Translations under genes and position numbers: made by a program
Origin: Promethearchaeota archaeon
GTDB lineage: Archaea; Asgardarchaeota; Lokiarchaeia; Sigyniarchaeales; SOKP01
Direction: 5' to 3'
Assembly (NCBI GenBank): GCA_016926735.1
Contig: JAFGOA010000014.1
Span: 28,112-92,111, forward strand
Length of the DNA stretch: 64,000 nucleotides
Notes under the pieces: model-generated
Database searches by the model: none
The model's input: only the letters and a program-made list of their open reading frames with translations
What the model was told of the DNA's origin: nothing
In this document: one piece after another, positions 58,227 through 64,000 of the stretch
Position numbering within the stretch: position 1 is the stretch's first letter
How the letters are laid out: each line of letters starts with the position of its first letter

Positions 58227-61200
58227 TTAAAAAAAATCAGATAATTTCTGTTGTTTGATTTTAGGATTATTTGTAAGACTTGTAACATATTCTTCAATTA
58301 ATTCCATTCGTTGATGGGTATAAGCATCTAATTTAAAGTCTTCACATAATTTAATTGCTCTATCAATATATTTTTCAATACCTCCTCGATTTACGGTTAA
58401 AATAATTTTATTTCCACATTTAGGGCATTTTCCTGAATTTGAAATTGGAGGGCGCCGATATTTAGTATTACATTTAACACATCTAAATGTTTGAACTGAG
58501 AATTTCCTGAGATTTCCTAAAATATCTGGATTAAAGTGTGTTGATAATATTTTACTCGCTACGTTTTTTGCATCAACAGCTTTTATAATTTTAGCAAGAT
58601 GTAATTGTGCTTCTATTTTATCATCCATTGATTCATGCAATTTATAAGCAGTAACTTTAGGGCCTTGGTTGATATCATCTGTAGGTATATTATATCCAAT
58701 ATTCTCATATTGTTCCTCAGTTCCTAATTTATTTTTGACAAGATTCATTATTTTTTCAATTTCATTAGGAGATGCATAACGTTGAGTTGCCTCATAAAAC
58801 TCTAAAGGATATCTAAATAAGGTATCAACATTATGAGCCTCACTATCGATCTCATTAGGATCTAATAATGTGCTGATTACCAAAGTAGCATCCATCCTAC
58901 CACCAATCTTACTTGGAAGATAATTTCTTGAGAAGTTGAGAAGCGGATCTAAGAGAAGCATAACTGCATCCTCATCTCCGTCGCACTGCGCTGTGATAAG
59001 CCCATTTAAAAGCGATATATTGTGATATTCCCAAATTTGATAATTTTTATTCACTATTTCTAAACAATATGAGGGATATTTATAAGAATTTGTTTCAATC
59101 TTTTTTATTTTATCTCCAAAAAAATCTTCACTTATTTTAGGAAATTTTCTGGGTTCGGGAAAATTATTTTTTAATATTATATTTAAATTCTTTTTCTTTT
59201 TTTTATGTTTTAAATCAAGATGTTGTAATAATAAATCATTTTCCATTCCTGGTAAAACTACTTGATATAGAGGATTATTTTTTTTTGGTTCTTTTCCTAG
59301 TTCTTTATATCTTTCTAAAATTTTCTTTCCATATCGTCCTCCCTTACCAATAATAATTCTAGCTTTTATTTTTAATGTTGAGAATAAAAAACAATAATCT
59401 TTTGATAGTTTTCTATTGCCTGTATATATCGATGTTCTTGTTGTTCTGGGAATAATCGAACAATTACCATCAATGAGAGCTGATATGAATGGATATTTAT
59501 ATTGTTTAGGTAGACTATAAATAAATGTAGGAATTCGTTTTGAAAGAGCGGTTAATCCCGTTTTCCAAGCATATGCAAAAAGATAAGCATGAATTCTTCC
59601 TGAATGAACAAGTTGTTCATTATCTGTTTGATGATACGGTTCTGATTCAAAAAGACTGATAATTAATTGTCTCACATGTTCTCTTAAATCGAGATTTGGA
59701 ACACTTATATTTATTTGATAAGCACTAGGTTCATCTCGAATATAACCTTCAGAGATATAATATCCTAGATACCTCATTAAATTTGTATTAAATTTTAAAT
59801 AAGGATTTATTGTATAATCATCTCTTGCCATTCCTAAGCGGCATTCTTTTGGAATTTCGTTCCATTCAAATATTCTTTTTTTATGTAAACTTTCAAGATG
59901 ACTTAGAGGAATAGAATTATACCAATCATATTTTAATGGATCTTTATATGGTTTTGATGGTAGAATCTTTTTTATTAATATTCTTATATCTCCAGGAATT
60001 CTTTGATATTCTTTTGAACTATTTAATCTTTTAATCCTTTTTCCATAACGTATGATTATTTGTTGTATCCAATTTGAAGCATTTCTTAATCTTACATTTT
60101 GTTTAAATTTATTAAACTTAGGATTATTTGGTAAATGAAGAGAAAGTTCTTCTAATATATTTATAAATTCAGGTGGATTATTTATTGGTAAATTTGGATT
60201 GATAAGGTGAGGTAAAATATCCCCTTCTTTCAGAAATTTTGCCCTTATTTTTTCAATAGAGTTTTTTTCTTCATTCCAAATTATCATTTTATGATCTGGG
60301 GTTACTTTTATGAATCTTCCCGTTTGGGTTTTAATTTGAATCCATTGATCACTTTGCCCCTTTATCCAATATTTAATGGGTTGGAAAATTGCTTTTTTTG
60401 TAATTGGATCAATACTAATTACTCTCCAATTTTTATAGAGATTTTCGACCTCAATAGTTCCAAAATCATCAATTATTTTTGTTTTAGCACCTTTGTGAAT
60501 CAATTCTTCAACAATATCACCTATATTATTTAGTATGATTTGTTCTTTATCACTATCCCAAATAATAATTTCTTCATTCCCTGATAAACAATTTCTTCTT
60601 TTTGCAGCATGCCAATATGGATGGGCATAAATAGATCTTGCTGGTGAAAATCCAATAATTCTGCCAATAATTCCTGCACTTGTGTGAGGAGCAAGTCCAA
60701 CAGTTAAATGTCCAATAAGATCATCTCTATTTTCAACATTATAATATCGGTCTAAATGATAAAAATGCTCTAGTTCATCATCTAAGAACTTAGCCACTTT
60801 AACGAGATATTCCGCACAATCTTCTGAAAGTAATATATCCTGAACATTTAATTCGATAATTTGATTTTCATTTTCAAGGATATTTCCTTTATAATCATGC
60901 TTATAACCCAATTCTCTGAGTTTTTCAAGAGAGACGCCTATTTCTTTCGGTTTAAAATGTGTTAATGGAATATCTGTAGCATCATATCTTATTTCAGCTG
61001 TTTTATATACTAATACATCATTTTTTGCCCTTAAAATGCCTTTTTCAATAGGTTCTGGTACTTTAAAAGCATTTGTTAATCCAAAAATCCCTTTTAGATT
61101 TGATGGAATTTGCATTTTCAATTTTTTGGATATGAAATTCATATATACTCTTATATTAAAATTCTTTTTAAGGGAAGGTTTAATCAATTCATTACATTTA

Positions 61201-63386
61201 GGACAGTTCGTGGTTTGTTCAGGATCAACTTTTTCATATGTAGTTTTACATTTTGGACATATTGATCTTAACTCAGTGTGAGAATTACATTTTGGACATA
61301 TATTAAACATGGTTATACTATTACATTTAGGACACTTTCTCCTACATACTTCAATAGAAATTTCCCCTTTTTTTACATTCTCTTCCTTTTGTATATTATT
61401 TTTTTTATTTTTTATACCAAGTTTCATTCCAATATCCCCAAATTTATCAAATCTCTTCGTATTTTCAACTGCATCTCCAACCAGTCTTGTATTTCCTACA
61501 ATCTCACTTAAAGGGAATAATGTATGAATGCCTTTCATGGTTTTTCTTTCTGATTTTTCTGGTCTTCCCATACGAGATCCTACAAAATAAGGTGCTTTAT
61601 TTTTTATTTTAATTGAAGAGAATTTACTAAAATAGGTAAATATATCCTCTTCTTTCTCAATCTCTATATTTTTATATTTAGAAAGATTAAAAACCTCAAT
61701 ATAAATTGTATTCATTTCTGAATCAAAATAGATGTGATTATCTTTAATTGTATGAAGGATGAAAGCTTTCTCAAGAATTTTTTTTATTGTTTTTTCATTT
61801 GGGATAATAATAGATTTTTCATCTTTGTTATATCCTTTTTTAAATTCTTCTCTAAGAATTTTAAGTTCCTCAACATTTAAATTATACCAATAATCAAGAT
61901 ATTTTGGATGTAATGGAATACTATATTCCAATGATAATTTAATTGCTAATTCTGGTGATGGAATATTCTCAAAGGGCTCATCTATATATTTTTTGAAATC
62001 ATCGATTTTTTCTTTTTTTTCTCTAAGGGTTTTTTTTAATTCTAAGCTCCACCATTCCTCAACATAACCAGATGGAATTAATTTATGATTATTTTCTGAA
62101 AATTCACCATAACCAAATAGGATATCACCAATAAAAAGAATTTTTTTTATATTTGGGAAGATCTTTTGAGCTTTCTTAACATTATTAACTTGAATAACAT
62201 CTCCATTTTTTAGTTTTACAATTGGTGGTTCAATTGAGGATACTGGAGACACACTCGTACTTTTCCCTGGTCTTTCAATTCTTAATTGGGTTCCAATAGC
62301 TATAAAATTATCTAATAATACCATTGAAGCCGGATGAATTCCTCCAGCAGCCAAACCTGTATTTCTTGAACGACCATATCTTAATCTATGGCCTCCAATA
62401 CGGGATGGATGACTGAATACGGGTCTTCCAGCAATAATATCTGCAATATATTTTGGATTAGGAACAATTTGATTTTTTCTTTCTTTCTTTTGTTTTACCT
62501 CTTTTTCTAGGTTATCTTTTTGTTTTTCTTTATGTGCAATGTTTTTTATTTCACCAAGCCAATCCCATCCCTCTAATTTCATTATATTTGCTATTTTAAG
62601 AAGTTTTGATGATTTTGATAAGATTCCATCATTTAGCACTAAACAAGCACCTCCCCGAATTTTATTTGTTTCTACTCTTGGAAGGTCTCTAAAAGCTGAT
62701 ACTTCTTCTTCTTCCGTAGAATCACCATTTATTTCAACAGGAAGATGTTCAACGGCAAATCGTATTTCATTATTCGTAGATGGATATTGTAAATGTACTC
62801 TTCTATCATACATTTTAACTTCCTCAACATATCTGCCAATTTCTCCTTCTGTTGCTTCATATTTTGGAATATTTGATTTATTTCTTACAAAATCTGCAAT
62901 TAACAAACATAATCCTGCTGTAGTCCCTCCAGCGGCTCTAATTGGACCTGCAAAATATAAAGAAAGATATCTCCTCCCTTGCTGATCCGTTTTTATTAGT
63001 ATTTTAGATATCCCTTCTAAAGGAGCACTTACAACTCCCATAGTTTTTATAGCTAAGCCTACTCTAATAGCTCTTTCAACTCTATCATCTAAATTTTGAA
63101 TATTTCCAATTTTTTCCTCTAAAATATCTGAAACAACCTGAAAAACAATGAAATCTTCACTTTTACCCTCTGTTTTTAATTTTCGAATTAAATCAGCAAC
63201 GCCTTGTGGTCCAACTAATTTTTCTACTCTACCTGCTAAATCTTTTGCTTGAGGAGATTCTACAAAAATTTCGGGATCAAATCCTTTATTTCTAGCTTCT
63301 TCTGCAATTTTATAACTTTGTTTTATTTTTTCTTGAAGATTGTTGAAATATTCTTCCATTTCTTTACTCATTACAACCATGATCAA
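58227..63386 (-). CDS. polC: DNA polymerase D large subunit DP2, containing an intein
   Basis: YFAGPIRAAGGT, AGRPVFSHP, RLRYGRSRNTG, RMGRPEK, GLAPHTSAG, HAAKRRN|CDGDED catalytic motif split by the intein, C-terminal zinc fingers. Confidence 0.97.
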   Translation of the reverse strand: MIMVVMSKEMEEYFNNLQEKIKQSYKIAEEARNKGFDPEIFVESPQAKDLAGRVEKLVGPQGVADLIRKLKTEGKSEDFIVFQVVSDILEEKIGNIQNLDDRVERAIRVGLAIKTMGVVSAPLEGISKILIKTDQQGRRYLSLYFAGPIRAAGGTTAGLCLLIADFVRNKSNIPKYEATEGEIGRYVEEVKMYDRRVHLQYPSTNNEIRFAVEHLPVEINGDSTEEEEVSAFRDLPRVETNKIRGGACLVLNDGILSKSSKLLKIANIMKLEGWDWLGEIKNIAHKEKQKDNLEKEVKQKKERKNQIVPNPKYIADIIAGRPVFSHPSRIGGHRLRYGRSRNTGLAAGGIHPASMVLLDNFIAIGTQLRIERPGKSTSVSPVSSIEPPIVKLKNGDVIQVNNVKKAQKIFPNIKKILFIGDILFGYGEFSENNHKLIPSGYVEEWWSLELKKTLREKKEKIDDFKKYIDEPFENIPSPELAIKLSLEYSIPLHPKYLDYWYNLNVEELKILREEFKKGYNKDEKSIIIPNEKTIKKILEKAFILHTIKDNHIYFDSEMNTIYIEVFNLSKYKNIEIEKEEDIFTYFSKFSSIKIKNKAPYFVGSRMGRPEKSERKTMKGIHTLFPLSEIVGNTRLVGDAVENTKRFDKFGDIGMKLGIKNKKNNIQKEENVKKGEISIEVCRRKCPKCNSITMFNICPKCNSHTELRSICPKCKTTYEKVDPEQTTNCPKCNELIKPSLKKNFNIRVYMNFISKKLKMQIPSNLKGIFGLTNAFKVPEPIEKGILRAKNDVLVYKTAEIRYDATDIPLTHFKPKEIGVSLEKLRELGYKHDYKGNILENENQIIELNVQDILLSEDCAEYLVKVAKFLDDELEHFYHLDRYYNVENRDDLIGHLTVGLAPHTSAGIIGRIIGFSPARSIYAHPYWHAAKRRNCLSGNEEIIIWDSDKEQIILNNIGDIVEELIHKGAKTKIIDDFGTIEVENLYKNWRVISIDPITKKAIFQPIKYWIKGQSDQWIQIKTQTGRFIKVTPDHKMIIWNEEKNSIEKIRAKFLKEGDILPHLINPNLPINNPPEFINILEELSLHLPNNPKFNKFKQNVRLRNASNWIQQIIIRYGKRIKRLNSSKEYQRIPGDIRILIKKILPSKPYKDPLKYDWYNSIPLSHLESLHKKRIFEWNEIPKECRLGMARDDYTINPYLKFNTNLMRYLGYYISEGYIRDEPSAYQINISVPNLDLREHVRQLIISLFESEPYHQTDNEQLVHSGRIHAYLFAYAWKTGLTALSKRIPTFIYSLPKQYKYPFISALIDGNCSIIPRTTRTSIYTGNRKLSKDYCFLFSTLKIKARIIIGKGGRYGKKILERYKELGKEPKKNNPLYQVVLPGMENDLLLQHLDLKHKKKKKNLNIILKNNFPEPRKFPKISEDFFGDKIKKIETNSYKYPSYCLEIVNKNYQIWEYHNISLLNGLITAQCDGDEDAVMLLLDPLLNFSRNYLPSKIGGRMDATLVISTLLDPNEIDSEAHNVDTLFRYPLEFYEATQRYASPNEIEKIMNLVKNKLGTEEQYENIGYNIPTDDINQGPKVTAYKLHESMDDKIEAQLHLAKIIKAVDAKNVASKILSTHFNPDILGNLRKFSVQTFRCVKCNTKYRRPPISNSGKCPKCGNKIILTVNRGGIEKYIDRAIKLCEDFKLDAYTHQRMELIEEYVTSLTNNPKIKQQKLSDFF
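58986..60590 (-). mobile_element. 535-aa intein with LAGLIDADG-type homing endonuclease domain in DP2
   Basis: Starts CLSGNEEI after HAAKRRN; block B IKVTPDH; block C YLGYYISEG; block E FISALIDGNC; ends YHN..LLNGLITAQ before CDGDED. Confidence 0.93.
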
Positions 63387-63665
63387 ATCTCTTTAAAAAT
63401 CAGTTGAAATTATTCGCTATTACATTATAATAACTATATAATTTAAATCAAAATTAAATTCAATTATTAATCTATTATTTTTATTTAATAACTAAAAGAC
63501 TATGCTAAAATTCTATTATACAACATAGTTACAAAATATTGTTCCAACTATTTACTGAAATCTTATAAAAACCTATAATTTTCTATAAAAATCAAAAAAT
63601 TATTACTCTTTTAAGGTTTAAATAATCAACTCTTTTTAATAACTTAAACTACTTCTTACAACATC

Positions 63666-63817
63666 ATGAGTTCAGAAAAATTACTTAAAATTGGAAATAT
63701 CGCAACTCTTTTAGGAGTTACCCCCCAAACACTTAGAATTGAACAAACAGCGGATATATGGATGTAATCATTGGAAAAGATGGGCATAGGCGTTTCCGAA
63801 GGAGTGAAGTGGAATAG
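63666..63817 (+). pseudogene. MerR-type HTH (IS607 TnpA N-terminus-like) pseudogene
   Basis: MSSEKLLKIGNIATLLGVTPQTLR, frameshift near 63738, then ..SGYMDVIIGKDGHRRFRRSEVE*. Confidence 0.7.
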
Positions 63818-63876
63818 ATAATGGAAATAAAACCATGGTTTTTTATTTAAATAATTATAGGAGTAAAGATAAATAG

Positions 63877-64000
63877 ATGATACAGACGATACGATTTCGA
63901 TTACACCCCTCCAGCTCACAGGAGCATCAATTGCACGAAATCTTTACTATCTATAATAGAGTCAAGCGTAAAGGATATAAATTATTTTTCAATGAGAAGG
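63877..64000 (+). CDS. tnpB: TnpB-like (IS200/IS605/IS607 accessory protein) N-terminus, runs off the window
   Basis: AGGAG upstream; MIQTIRFRLHPSSSQEHQLHEIFTIYNRVKR matches the TnpB N-terminal pattern (K/R)FRLxPxxxQxxxL; follows the MerR-HTH remnant. Confidence 0.6.
   Translation, partial: MIQTIRFRLHPSSSQEHQLHEIFTIYNRVKRKGYKLFFNEK

Noticed and set aside
63656-63919. 87-aa minus-strand ORF
   Set aside because: Antisense shadow of the plus-strand MerR-HTH remnant and tnpB start.

Overview
Very AT-rich archaeal chromosome segment, most consistent with an Asgard (Lokiarchaeia-like) genome: it carries rpoH/rpoB, Cbf5, PolD DP2, a roadblock-Rab GTPase fusion, a 7TM-longin-like protein and an LRR protein. 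Main observations: (1) rpoB is interrupted by a 32-nt frame-breaking insertion (392-423) that folds into a canonical bulge-helix-bulge (BHB), and excision at the canonical cut sites restores the frame, so it is a putative tRNA-type intron in the mRNA of an essential gene. (2) A ~41-kb island (861-41997) is bounded by an 89-bp direct repeat (83/89 identical) of the rpoH upstream region plus first codons. It holds an ABC-2 transporter, a small RHH/wHTH regulator cluster, an 11,373-aa membrane-anchored protein (dockerin, nested LamG domains, Ca-binding motifs, hydrophobic helices, compositionally distinct C-terminal region) and an adjacent LRR gene. This looks like a giant polymorphic toxin/immunity pair, but no integrase was seen. 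(3) Right of the island: housekeeping genes, tRNA-Lys(UUU), tRNA-Thr(CGU) with a canonical intron, tRNA-Leu(GAG) with two non-canonical introns, an orphan Imm52-like gene, a DUF285 repeat protein, a Gln-terminated DP2 intein, an IS200/IS605-derived miniature element, and a MerR-HTH pseudogene plus tnpB start at the right edge. All calls are by-eye motif recognition; no database searches were run.
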